From an uncultured Thermotogae bacterium (GTDB taxonomy: Bacteria; Bipolaricaulota; Bipolaricaulia; UBA7950; UBA9294), in assembly GCA_964554715.1 (NCBI GenBank), contig CAZKPU010000001.1:5833-69832 (forward strand): DNA of 64,000 nucleotides, read 5' to 3'. This document shows positions 1-8,847 of the stretch, in pieces. The notes beneath the pieces were generated by a model. That model was not told where the DNA came from. It worked only from the letters and a program-made list of their open reading frames with translations, and did not search any database. The first letter of the stretch is position 1, and each line of letters begins with the position of its first letter. The position numbers were made by a program, and so were the translations under genes.

Positions 1-1302
1 CAGAGGAGCCTTGAGCTTCTCGAGCATCGTGAAGAATCCGGGAAACGAATCGTGCGTTCGATCGTCTCCGCTTACGATGGGACGATTGCCGGAAGTGATC
101 AGAGATGCAATCGCCAGCATCATCGCCAAACGGTGGTCTCCGTGATCGCTGACGTTCGCCCCATGAAGCGGTGTCGGACCTTCGACGACAAACCCGTCGT
201 CGGTGGCGGTGATCGCTGCCCCCAGGGCTCGTAGCTCGTTGACCACGGTTGCGATCCGATCCGTCTCCTTGAACCGCAACTCGCCGGCGTTTCTAACGAT
301 GGTTGTGCCGAGCGCTTGCGTGGCAAGCAGCGCAAGGACCGGTAATTCGTCGATCATGCGGGGAATAAGCTCTCCACCGATGGTGACCCCGCGCAGCGCC
401 GATGAACGAGCACGGATCGTTGCGGTCGGCTCGTTTCCGAACGCTTCCGGCGCATCGGTGATGATCTCGATATCAGCGCCCATGGCCCTGAGCACGTCAA
501 GCAGGCCCGTTCGGGTCGGATTGATCCCTACTCGATGAAGCTTGACGTCAGAGTCCGGGGATATCAGGGCCCCGGCAAGAAGAAACGCCGCCGACGATAG
601 ATCGCCCGGAACGGAGATCGACAGCGGGCGTAGGGAGCGTGTGTTGTGGATCGACACCTCGGAAGTCGTCTCATTCACAACGACTGGAGCTCCCATCCTC
701 CGGAGCATTCGCTCGGTGTGGTCACGCGTTGGCGCGCCCTGTGTGATCCGCGTGATTCCTGCGGCGGTCAGTCCCGCAAGAAGAATGGCGCTTTTCACCT
801 GGGCGCTCGGGACGGCAAGCTGATGCTCGATCCCGTGCAGCGCCCGTCCTTCAATCCGCAGCGGAGCTTTCCCGTCTGTATCCTCGATGAGCGCTCCCAT
901 CTTGCGGAGCGGTTCGACAACGCGGCCCATCGGACGGCGTAGCAGCTGCGGTTCGCCGAGCAGCGTTGCGTGCACCCGCTGTCCCGCGAGTGTCCCTGCG
1001 AGCAAGCGCATTGCGGTTCCGGATCTGCGGCAATCAAGGTGAACAGGGGCTTCCGTAGGTCGGAAACGGCTCAATCCCTCTCCGACCACACGAAGGGAGA
1101 GTTCATTGCTGCGCTCGATTTCGACCCCCAAGCGGCGCAGACACGCGATGGTTGCCAGACAGTCCTCGCACGGCAGGAACCCCTTGATATGCGACGATCC
1201 CTCGGCCAATGCAGCAAGGATCAGCGCTCGATGCGTGATCGACTTATCACCCGGGATGACCGCCTCGCCCCTCAGACTCGCCACTGTGCAGTGTTGCATC
1301 AT
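1..1302 (-). CDS. aroA: 3-phosphoshikimate 1-carboxyvinyltransferase (EPSP synthase), partial; C-terminus lies beyond the window start
   Basis: Hand translation of the minus strand from ATG 1302-1300 gives [34 protein letters not shown]..., the EPSP synthase N-terminal signature. It is absent from the ORF track because its stop is outside the window. The start overlaps the tyrA stop (tcATGa). Confidence 0.8.
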   Translation of the reverse strand, partial: MMQHCTVASLRGEAVIPGDKSITHRALILAALAEGSSHIKGFLPCEDCLATIACLRRLGVEIERSNELSLRVVGEGLSRFRPTEAPVHLDCRRSGTAMRLLAGTLAGQRVHATLLGEPQLLRRPMGRVVEPLRKMGALIEDTDGKAPLRIEGRALHGIEHQLAVPSAQVKSAILLAGLTAAGITRITQGAPTRDHTERMLRRMGAPVVVNETTSEVSIHNTRSLRPLSISVPGDLSSAAFLLAGALISPDSDVKLHRVGINPTRTGLLDVLRAMGADIEIITDAPEAFGNEPTATIRARSSALRGVTIGGELIPRMIDELPVLALLATQALGTTIVRNAGELRFKETDRIATVVNELRALGAAITATDDGFVVEGPTPLHGANVSDHGDHRLAMMLAIASLITSGNRPIVSGDDRTHDSFPGFFTMLEKLKAPL

Positions 1303-2159
1303 GGGAACATCCTTCTTCTCTCAGCACGGATCTTCGACAGCGCTTCCCGTAAGGCCGATTCATCCTCTTCGGCGATCCACTGCGTCAATTGCCCCAGCCT
1401 GCCCTGGAACGCGGCAACGGCGGAACAGATCTCCTGACGGTTCGTGAGCAGGATATCGATCATCATGTCGATATCGCTCCCGGAGATCCGCGATGTGTCA
1501 CGGAACCCGCCGGCGACGATCTCCCATGCCGCCGGATCACCGGATGTCACAGCATCGGCCGTAGCAACAAGACCGCACGACAGGAGATACGGGAGATGGC
1601 TGAGTGTTGCCGTCAGATGGTCCTGACGGGATGGATCGAGGATCAGGGGCACGCTTCCGATGGCACGAACAAGTGCTTCTGCCGTGGTAAGCGCCTCCGG
1701 AGTCGTTCGATCGAGCGGTGTCAGAATGAATGTGGCATCGTTGAAGATCTGCGGATCGGCGTGGCGGATCCCCGACAGCTCCTTGCCACACATCGGATGA
1801 CCGCCGAGTGCATGCACCGATGCGGGCAGGATCTCCATTCTCCTGACAATCTCCTGCTTTGTGCTTCCCAGATCGAGAAGCAAAGAGCCGGCGGGCCAGG
1901 AACGCGCATATGTGCTGATTTGGTCGAGGATTGCGCGAACCGGTGCCGCAAGGATCGTGATGTCGATGTCCGACACGGCTTCCTCGATGTCTGAGACGCC
2001 GGCATCGATGAGGTTGTGATCCAGCGCGAACTGAACGGCTTCGGGCCGTCGATCCATCCCGATAACCGTTGCACAACGATCACGGATCGCCGCGGCGAAC
2101 GATCCCCCCATGAGGCCAAGACCTAGCACGGCAACTCGACTGGATTCGATCGGCTTCAC
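1299..2159 (-). CDS. tyrA: prephenate dehydrogenase
   Basis: 286-aa ORF with an N-terminal Rossmann motif ([14 protein letters not shown]) and PDH-family similarity. The start codon is GTG, overlapping the aroF stop (GTGA). Confidence 0.8.
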   Translation of the reverse strand: MKPIESSRVAVLGLGLMGGSFAAAIRDRCATVIGMDRRPEAVQFALDHNLIDAGVSDIEEAVSDIDITILAAPVRAILDQISTYARSWPAGSLLLDLGSTKQEIVRRMEILPASVHALGGHPMCGKELSGIRHADPQIFNDATFILTPLDRTTPEALTTAEALVRAIGSVPLILDPSRQDHLTATLSHLPYLLSCGLVATADAVTSGDPAAWEIVAGGFRDTSRISGSDIDMMIDILLTNRQEICSAVAAFQGRLGQLTQWIAEEDESALREALSKIRAERRRMFP

Positions 2160-3169
2160 AGCGTCCTCCCCACGGCGGCGGCCACGGCACCAACGGAATC
2201 CACAAGAGACGAGAACATCTCGGGAGGAAGCGACTGCGGACCGTCCGACAACGCAAGCTCTGGATGAGCGTGAACCTCGACCAGCAGTCCATCGGCGCCG
2301 CCGGCGACGGAGGCTTGCGCTACCGGAGTCACCAACTCCCGCTTGCCTGTTCCGTGACTGGGGTCGACGACCACGGGAAGATGTGTCAGCTGCTTCAGAA
2401 GAGGAATCGCGTTGATGTCCACCGTATTCCTTGTGTACGGCTCGAATGTACGGATTCCTCGCTCACACAGAACAACCCGTTCGTTCCCGTGGCTAAGGAT
2501 GTACTCGGCGGCCATCAACAGTTCCTCGATGGTCGACATCATTCCGCGCTTGAGGAGTACCGGTCGTTGCGCTCTACCGGCGGCATGCAGCAACGCGAAG
2601 TTCTGCATGTTCCTCGCGCCGATCTGCAGCATGTCCGCGTAGCTCGTGACCAAGGGAACGAGTTCCGGATCCATGACCTCCGTCACAACTGGGAGGCCCG
2701 TTTCCCGCCGTGCCTCCGCCAGAATCCGCAAGCCGGCCTCGCCCATTCCTTGGAAGCTGTACGGGGATGTTCGCGGCTTGAACGCTCCACCTCGTAGCAT
2801 GTGCGCACCTCTTTCCATGACGGAGTTTGCCGTTTCGAGAAAAGCATCCCGGCTCTCGACGGCGCAAGGGCCGGCAATGAGAGCCACTTGGCTTCCTCCG
2901 ATGCGCAAGTCGCCGATCGGCACAATCGTGTCTTCGGGATGAAACTCACGGCTTGCGCGCTTGAACGGCTTCTGGATCGGTACCGCTTCTTCAACGCCCC
3001 CCATCTGGCGGATGCGATCTGCATACACCGTCGCCCCGTCTCCGATAATTCCGACCACAGAGTGATCCTTGCCTTGAGAAACGTGCGTTTGGCAGCCCAT
3101 CTGCTCGATGAGAGCAATGACGTTGTTCAGTTGGATCGGCGTCGCATCCTGTTTCATGATGATAAGCAT
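2156..3169 (-). CDS. aroF: 3-deoxy-7-phosphoheptulonate (DAHP) synthase, type I-beta with N-terminal regulatory domain
   Basis: 337-aa ORF; the KDO8P/DAHP-synthase core (…GPCAVES…KPRTSP…) is preceded by a short ACT/FL-like N-terminal domain. Confidence 0.8.
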   Translation of the reverse strand: MLIIMKQDATPIQLNNVIALIEQMGCQTHVSQGKDHSVVGIIGDGATVYADRIRQMGGVEEAVPIQKPFKRASREFHPEDTIVPIGDLRIGGSQVALIAGPCAVESRDAFLETANSVMERGAHMLRGGAFKPRTSPYSFQGMGEAGLRILAEARRETGLPVVTEVMDPELVPLVTSYADMLQIGARNMQNFALLHAAGRAQRPVLLKRGMMSTIEELLMAAEYILSHGNERVVLCERGIRTFEPYTRNTVDINAIPLLKQLTHLPVVVDPSHGTGKRELVTPVAQASVAGGADGLLVEVHAHPELALSDGPQSLPPEMFSSLVDSVGAVAAAVGRTL

Positions 3170-4044
3170 GGGTCTTTCTCACCTCGCTTTCGATCTTCGG
3201 GCGAGGACTCGTGAAGCTCGGCAATCGGCGTGGTGGCCGCAGGATACGACCCAAGCAGCTTGACGAAAGAGGATCGCCTTAGCAGCCCGCTGATCGCCGC
3301 CTCACACGCTGGGTCCTGACAGTGACCCTCGAAATCCAGGTAAAACACGTACTGCCACGGGCGGGTGGCCCGAGGTCTCGACTCCAGCTTACTTAGACTG
3401 ATGTGCCGTACCGCGAACTCTCCGAGACACTCGTACAAGGCGCCGGGATGGTGGGGGGTCGTAAAGATGATGGAGGTCTTGTTCCGTGGGGCACGCTCTG
3501 GAGCCTTTGTCGACAGGACGAAGAAGCGGGTGTAGTTCTGAGGAAAATCCTCGATGTTCCGGTCGAGGATCTCCAATCCCGAAAGCTGCGCAGCATCCTG
3601 GCTCGCGATCACGCCTACCGTGAGGTCGGGATGGGCTGCCAGATCATGTGCGGAGCTTGCCGTATCTGATGTGGCTTGTGGTCGGAAGTTCCTTTTCTGG
3701 AGGTAGTGCCGGCACTGAGAGAGTGCTTGCGGATGAGAACGTACGCTGACGAGCGACTCGATTGTCGCTCCCGGGGTACCGAGGAGCATGTGGTGCACGG
3801 AGAAGATGACTTCTGCGTAGATGCGAAGATCGTGCTCCATCAGCAATTCATAGCTCTGGTTCACCGATCCGGCGATGGAGTTCTCCACGGGAATCATTCC
3901 GTACTCTGTAGAACCTCGCTCGACCCGGGAGAAAACGTCGGCAAACGTCTCGCACGGGATCGATTCCGACGAACCTCCGAAGAACTGCCGAATCGCCTTC
4001 TCGGAGTAGGCCCCCGACTCTCCTTGGAATGCAACACGTGTCAT
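3154..4044 (-). CDS. pheA: prephenate dehydratase with C-terminal ACT domain
   Basis: The track ORF (353 aa) has a spurious N-terminal extension. The true start is [15 protein letters not shown] at ATG 4044 with an AAGGAGAG SD; it overlaps the aroH stop (ATGA). Confidence 0.85.
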   Translation of the reverse strand: MTRVAFQGESGAYSEKAIRQFFGGSSESIPCETFADVFSRVERGSTEYGMIPVENSIAGSVNQSYELLMEHDLRIYAEVIFSVHHMLLGTPGATIESLVSVRSHPQALSQCRHYLQKRNFRPQATSDTASSAHDLAAHPDLTVGVIASQDAAQLSGLEILDRNIEDFPQNYTRFFVLSTKAPERAPRNKTSIIFTTPHHPGALYECLGEFAVRHISLSKLESRPRATRPWQYVFYLDFEGHCQDPACEAAISGLLRRSSFVKLLGSYPAATTPIAELHESSPEDRKRGEKDPCLSS

Positions 4045-4439
4045 GGTTGTCTCTCCTTCAAGGCCCAATCGGGGCGTAGAGTCCGCGTCTCGCCAAGGTA
4101 GATGTGGCGTATGGGATTCGATGAACGGCGGCACACAAGCAGCACTCGGATGCAATGGCGCAGGCTTCCGAGTACGTTCATTTCTTGCAAGCAGAGAAGA
4201 GGTGTGGCATGCCATCCCATGGCACGTGCCGCTTCGGCCGGATAGGCGGCATCCAAGTCGGATGTTGCGGTGAACAGGACATACGTGATCGCATCCACCG
4301 AGATGTCATTCTCACGAACGAGCGTCGCCAGCAATGTTCGTGTTGCGTCATGGATCGCTCTGACGGTGTTGGCCTCTGCCACAACAGCACCCCGGATCCC
4401 CACCTGTCCTTCCGGCACATCCAACCTCTCGATCTGCAT
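4041..4439 (-). CDS. aroH: chorismate mutase, AroH class (monofunctional)
   Basis: MQIERLDVPEGQVGIRGAVVAE…CLQEMNVLGSL…IRHIYLGETRTLRPD matches B. subtilis AroH. Start ATG 4439 with a GGAAGGAG SD. Confidence 0.8.
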   Translation of the reverse strand: MQIERLDVPEGQVGIRGAVVAEANTVRAIHDATRTLLATLVRENDISVDAITYVLFTATSDLDAAYPAEAARAMGWHATPLLCLQEMNVLGSLRHCIRVLLVCRRSSNPIRHIYLGETRTLRPDWALKERQP

Positions 4440-4461
4440 CGCGCTCCTTCCGTGCGAGGAA

Positions 4462-4497
4462 GCAAAAAAGAAAGACCGCAGGCACTTGCCTGCAGTC
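4462..4497 (-). terminator. intrinsic terminator (attenuator) in the aro operon leader
   Basis: Minus-strand RNA GACUGCAGGC-AAGU-GCCUGCGGUC (10-bp stem, 4-nt loop, one GU) followed by UUUCUUUUUUGC, ending 22 nt upstream of the aroH SD. Confidence 0.6.
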
Positions 4498-4531
4498 CAC
4501 AACGGCTTCCCTGGTCCGAATCGCCTATTCG

Positions 4532-4630
4532 CTAGACGACGTCAGGAAAGCCAACCGGAAAATAATAGTAAAAACGGACCTGGGTGGGCGAACTACTTCG
4601 ACTCACATCCACCATCAGGTCTTTCCGCAT
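4532..4630 (-). CDS. aromatic amino-acid attenuator leader peptide MRKDLMVDVSRSSSPTQVRFYYYFPVGFPDVV
   Basis: Hand-translated 32-codon ORF. The ATG lies 3 nt after the predicted TSS (leaderless). The codon run UUU-UAC-UAU-UAU-UUU (F-Y-Y-Y-F) plus two further Phe codons sits between hairpin A and the terminator. Confidence 0.6.
   Translation of the reverse strand: MRKDLMVDVSRSSSPTQVRFYYYFPVGFPDVV
4577..4621 (-). promoter_or_regulatory. leader hairpin A (pause / alternative-structure element) inside the leader-peptide ORF
   Basis: GACCUGAUGGUGG…CCACCCAGGUC forms an 11-bp stem with a 2-nt bulge, immediately upstream of the Phe/Tyr codons. The segment CCCAGGUCCG can alternatively pair with CGGACCAGGG at 4509-4518. 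Confidence 0.4.
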
Positions 4631-4639
4631 GATGCGAGC

Positions 4640-4668
4640 ATCATAGGATGGACAGGATGCAGTGTCAA
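4640..4668 (-). promoter_or_regulatory. sigma70-type promoter of the aro leader/operon
   Basis: Minus-strand TTGACA (4668-4663), 17-nt spacer, TATGAT (4645-4640). Confidence 0.6.
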
Positions 4669-4727
4669 GCCCCGCATCGATCCGCCCGTCTCCAACCACT
4701 CTCGGGCAGGAGGTCACAGGCGCTGCC

Positions 4728-5495
4728 CTATTGCGGCATCTCGATCTTTCCGACCGGTGCAACATACAGTGCGATCTCGTCGTCCCCATCGACGCCCAGA
4801 TACGTATCCAGCATGCTCTGGCTGTAGGCAACGATAGCACACGTCCCTGCCCTGATCGCTTCACACGCCAGATACAAGTTCTGACAGATATGACCACAGG
4901 ATAGCAGGATATCCTTAAGCGAATCGGTGGGATAGCGCCACTCGCTGCGATAAGGAATTGCTGTCCACACGAACGATACGGTCGCTGTGTCGACGAACGA
5001 TTGCCCAAAGCAGACTGCGCCGAGGGTCGGATCCTGTGGGCTTCGATCATCCTCAGGCCACAGTTCGACCAGCTGATGCTCGATCGGCGCATATCGGTAC
5101 AGACCCGGGACAACTCCTTCGACGTTGCGAATCCGCAGGTAGGTCTCGAACGGATGACGGCATCCGCCGGACGGCACGGTGCGAAACGCGTGGATCTTCT
5201 TGGGATGGATGCTGCGGATCCCTTGGGTGGACCACAGCAAGAAGGACAGCTCCACAAGGGAAAGAGGCTCGCCGTTGAACGATCGGTGACTCTGCCGATC
5301 CCGGATTGCGGCGATCAGAGGCACGTCTCCCAGCGTCGTAGGGAACTGCTCCGGCGGGACCAAGTCGATCAGCCGGGCTCCGCGGGGGATTTCCTTCTCG
5401 ATCGGAGGAGCGGGGATGCCTTTTTGCTGATCGGATTCAACATCAGGAAAAGAAGAGAAGTCTGGGTTCCGCAGATGCTTACGCGTATCACTCAT
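4728..5495 (-). CDS. SagB/ThcOx-type nitroreductase-family dehydrogenase
   Basis: 255 aa with nitroreductase-fold motifs (…RSFNGEPLSL…, …GGCRHPFETYL…); AAAGGAG SD. Confidence 0.6.
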   Translation of the reverse strand: MSDTRKHLRNPDFSSFPDVESDQQKGIPAPPIEKEIPRGARLIDLVPPEQFPTTLGDVPLIAAIRDRQSHRSFNGEPLSLVELSFLLWSTQGIRSIHPKKIHAFRTVPSGGCRHPFETYLRIRNVEGVVPGLYRYAPIEHQLVELWPEDDRSPQDPTLGAVCFGQSFVDTATVSFVWTAIPYRSEWRYPTDSLKDILLSCGHICQNLYLACEAIRAGTCAIVAYSQSMLDTYLGVDGDDEIALYVAPVGKIEMPQ

Positions 5496-5861
5496 TCTTG
5501 TTTTCTCCTTTGGTCTGCGATCATCTTCTTCTAGGTCGCCGGCAATCCCATGGGCGGTTCAATCAGGTCTCCGCAAGGCAGTCTCAGCGTGCGTCATCCT
5601 GACGGCTCACTCAATGGGCACGTTTTGAGCACGATCATCATCACGAAGCTGTGGAAGCACTCTTCGGTGGCTCGCGATCTCGGTGCCTTTCAAGACGAGC
5701 TGGCTTGGTGGACCAGCGATGGCTCACCTGAATGGATCCCTCCTGTCGATGGCCTCATGGGCCGCCCTGATCATACCAGCAAGCGAACGCTGCGATGGAG
5801 TTCGGACGCGTCTTCTTGTGTTCACAGCTTCTTCCGATCCGTGTGATAGGATACCCTCACG

Positions 5862-6581
5862 ATGGATGTGAAAAAGGCCTTTCGTGCCGTAGTTTGGGTC
5901 GTGCTTGCCGGAGTTACGCTTCTCTTGTCTGCTTGCTTCACAGTTGGGGGTCCTGGTGACCTAGTGGCTGTCTTATCGGCCGAGCCGCAGCAAGGGACCG
6001 CTCCGCTTGGGGTCGAATTCGATGCTTCGGCATCCACAGCTCCGGGAGCGAACATCGTCGCTTACTCGTGGGATTTTGGCGATGGTGCAAGCGGTACCGG
6101 CGTGACGGCAGTGCACACGTTTCACGCCGATGTCGAACGTGTTTTCACCGTGACGCTGACGATCCACGACAGCCAAGGCCGCCAGGCCACTGCCTCGGCG
6201 ACGGTTCTTGTGCGGCCGGCTGACGCGCCCTCGATTGACGTGCAAGTGGAGTTCATCTGGCCGTTCCACTACGACGCAGAGGGGGAGGACGCCGCCAACC
6301 TCAACGACGAGTACTTCGTCCTTCAGAACACCGGGGCCGATCCGGTGGATCTCGGGGGGTGGACGTTGGAGAACGAAAGGGGGTTCCGCTACCGGATTCC
6401 CAACGGATTCACGCTAGCGGCAGGTGCAGTGGTCTACATCCACAGCGGAGCGGGCATCGACACGGCGCAGATCCTCTACTGGAACGCACCTGCCCCCGTG
6501 TGGAACAACAACTCAGACATTGCCGTCCTTCGCGACGCGACGGGAACGATCGTCACCTACTACGCCTACTTCTCCTGCTGA
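5862..6581 (+). CDS. lipoprotein with PKD domain and C-terminal lamin-tail domain (LTD)
   Basis: Signal peptide plus lipobox LLLSAC; a PKD repeat (WDFGDGASGTG…HTF); the C-terminus (EYFVLQNTGADPVDLGGWTLE…) matches the LTD pattern. Confidence 0.65.
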   Translation: MDVKKAFRAVVWVVLAGVTLLLSACFTVGGPGDLVAVLSAEPQQGTAPLGVEFDASASTAPGANIVAYSWDFGDGASGTGVTAVHTFHADVERVFTVTLTIHDSQGRQATASATVLVRPADAPSIDVQVEFIWPFHYDAEGEDAANLNDEYFVLQNTGADPVDLGGWTLENERGFRYRIPNGFTLAAGAVVYIHSGAGIDTAQILYWNAPAPVWNNNSDIAVLRDATGTIVTYYAYFSC

Positions 6582-6641
6582 TCACCTAGAGGAAGAAGCC
6601 GCGCCCCCGGCTTCCGTCGATCTCCTCCCGCCCGATCCGTG

Positions 6642-8093
6642 TCATAGCTCCTTGACCAGCTTCTTCACGGCGTTGCGTCCCATACTTGCGCATCCGGGGA
6701 TCCCACCACCGCCCGCCGATTGCCCGATGTAGAAGAAGTTGTCCAGGCGCGGGAGCGTCTTGGGTATCGAGAACATCATCGACATCGTCTCGAGCTTCCC
6801 GGACTCGGACGTGTAGGTAAGGCCGTTTCCGGTGAAACGCTCCGTGGTCAACGGCGTGGCGACATCGCTGACTTCGATCTGGTTTGTCAGGCCGGGAAAA
6901 CGAGGCTCGAGCTGCCTCACGACGACCTCGACCAGCTGCTCCTTGGCTTCGCGGTAGCGGGACTTGTCTGTGGCCAGATCCGCCCAATACGCATAGCTGG
7001 TGCTGATCAGCACCTTGATCACGCTTCTCCCCGCTGGAGCGAGGGTCGGATCGAAGCCGTACAGCTCGATCGGGATGCGATCTACGGTCTGGTCGGCTAG
7101 CTTGACCGGTTCATCCAACAGCCACACCAGCGCATGCGGTTCCTCCGTCAGATCGCGGTCAACGCCGAGGCTCACGTGGATCCCCATGGTCATCTCGTCG
7201 ACGGGAACAGCGTGTTTCGCGAGCGTCTTCGGGTCTACGAACTCCCTGCCCAGAAACTGAAACAGCGTGGTGTGAGCAAAGGCATTGGAGATAACGGCAT
7301 CCGCAGGGATTTCCCGTCCATCGGCAAGCCGGACACCTGTTACCCGATGTCTGCTTGTCAGGATCTTGGACACAGAGGAGTTGTAGTGCACCGAGCCCCC
7401 CAATTCGGTGAAGCGCTCGGCGATGGATCGAGCGAACGAGAGTGAGCCGCCTTCCGGGAAACCGTAGTTCCGCACGGAGCATTGGCTGAGCAGGTTGAGG
7501 TGAATAAGGACAGGAATCTCCGGCCAATCGTATTGGATGGTTGGAAACGCCCGGCGAAGGAACGGGTGGCGGAATCCTTCCGCGTACTGATGCATGGTGA
7601 CACTCCCCCATCGCACGATGCGCGGGAGAACAGGGAGTGCCGGGACAAGCCCGAGCGGCCCTGCTGCGGTGAGCGCGAGCAAGTCGTGCCGCTGCATGGC
7701 GCGCAATGCTCGAAGGTAGGGAGCGATCCGCCGCCGGTCCTCCGGGAACGACGACATCATGTGATCCTCGAGTCGATCGAGATCGGTATACACTGTGAAC
7801 GCCTTACCGTCAGGGGACTCTACGTGCGTCAGATCTTCCGGGAATAAGACGTTCCTGGGCATCGCTCCAAGCTCTTCCCACATTCGATACAACACACTGT
7901 CGGGGTGACAACCGGCAAGATGGTGGATGCTGCCGTCAAACGTGTATCCCTGCCGCGTCCACGCCGTGCACATCCCTCCCGGCAGCGCGTGCATCTCGAA
8001 GATGTGGGCGTCCATCCCCATCTGCTGTGCCGTTACGCCTGCAGCCAATCCGCCGATCCCTGCGCCGATAATCACAAGTCTCTTCTGCGCCAT
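6642..8093 (-). CDS. FAD-dependent oxidoreductase, phytoene-desaturase (CrtI) family
   Basis: 483 aa; N-terminal GAGIGGLAAG dinucleotide motif; overall CrtI-like. Paralogous to the partial ORF at 63539. Confidence 0.7.
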   Translation of the reverse strand: MAQKRLVIIGAGIGGLAAGVTAQQMGMDAHIFEMHALPGGMCTAWTRQGYTFDGSIHHLAGCHPDSVLYRMWEELGAMPRNVLFPEDLTHVESPDGKAFTVYTDLDRLEDHMMSSFPEDRRRIAPYLRALRAMQRHDLLALTAAGPLGLVPALPVLPRIVRWGSVTMHQYAEGFRHPFLRRAFPTIQYDWPEIPVLIHLNLLSQCSVRNYGFPEGGSLSFARSIAERFTELGGSVHYNSSVSKILTSRHRVTGVRLADGREIPADAVISNAFAHTTLFQFLGREFVDPKTLAKHAVPVDEMTMGIHVSLGVDRDLTEEPHALVWLLDEPVKLADQTVDRIPIELYGFDPTLAPAGRSVIKVLISTSYAYWADLATDKSRYREAKEQLVEVVVRQLEPRFPGLTNQIEVSDVATPLTTERFTGNGLTYTSESGKLETMSMMFSIPKTLPRLDNFFYIGQSAGGGGIPGCASMGRNAVKKLVKEL

Positions 8094-8212
8094 GAACTCC
8101 TCCCCAAGGACGTCGATTCGTACCCGAGTGTAGTACGCAAGACGGCGAGCTGGCTACGAGGTCCGGATCGAACTGCAAATGCTCATCAGCCCGCACCATG
8201 ATGTCGAGCTAC

Positions 8213-8650
8213 TCAGAGATGGAACGGTCCTCGTCCGGTGATATGCGGGAGGAGATCCTCCAAGGCGCGTTGCGGAAGGACGATCCGCGTGCCGGAGACG
8301 GCGGGGAAAGCAAGCTGCCGGCCGGCAACGGTCCGTCCTGTGGCTTCCTCGATCCGCATCTCGCTCCACGGGACAAGAAGTGGGCGGTGAAACGGGCGGA
8401 AGATGCGATAGGGAGCCAGAAACATCCCGCGGTCATCGATGGCGAGTCGGAGGACGCCGTTGTAGCGAACCGCGCCGATGAACGCATGGCCAAGCCGACG
8501 TGCGTCGGTGGGAGCGAGCGGGAGCGCATCGAACTGCCTAGCGAGCCTCCTCCATCCGCTGGCAACGGAGAGAATCCAAAGAACCAGAAACCAGATCCCC
8601 AGGGAATAGGCGATTGCCCCAAGTGAGATCCAGACCCCAAGCGGAACCAT
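8213..8650 (-). CDS. hypothetical membrane protein (two N-terminal TM helices plus a small soluble domain, possibly bacterial PH-like)
   Basis: 145-aa ORF with a hydrophobic N-terminus (GVWISLGAIAYSLGIWFLVLWILSV); I could not assign a family. Confidence 0.35.
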   Translation of the reverse strand: MVPLGVWISLGAIAYSLGIWFLVLWILSVASGWRRLARQFDALPLAPTDARRLGHAFIGAVRYNGVLRLAIDDRGMFLAPYRIFRPFHRPLLVPWSEMRIEEATGRTVAGRQLAFPAVSGTRIVLPQRALEDLLPHITGRGPFHL

Positions 8651-8847
8651 CTGCCCTCCTTACGTTGATCGATCATTGATCCCGGCTCGAGCACGTGCGG
8701 GATCCGGTTTGCCAGAATGGTATCGCGTAGGCCTTGCTCCTGCGCGAAGCGAAGCCGGGACTCCTCGCGAAAACCCGGGCACGCTGAGACGTTGTGATGT
8801 CCCGGAGCCCTGAGGCTACGTCTCGCTGGCGAGCGCGATGCCGATTT

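Noticed and set aside
3154-4215. N-terminal extensions of track ORFs (pheA 353 aa, icd 479 aa, ispG 443 aa, ispA 512 aa, DUF72 416 aa, yajC 266 aa, clp from 53256)
   Set aside because: The extensions are low-complexity, lack an SD, and overlap the upstream gene. Internal Met starts with an SD, a homologue-consistent N-terminus and 4-nt overlaps are preferred.
4561-4625. Hairpin plus U-run as the transcription terminator of the SagB-like gene
   Set aside because: The U-run is actually the Phe/Tyr codon block of the leader peptide, and the hairpin lies downstream of the aro promoter. It may still incidentally stop read-through from upstream.
4440-4727. T-box riboswitch, or TRAP-binding (G/U)AG repeats, upstream of the aro operon
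   Set aside because: There is no AGGGUGGNACCGCG T-box sequence and only two UAG triplets. A leader-peptide attenuator explains the hairpins and the Phe/Tyr codon run much better.
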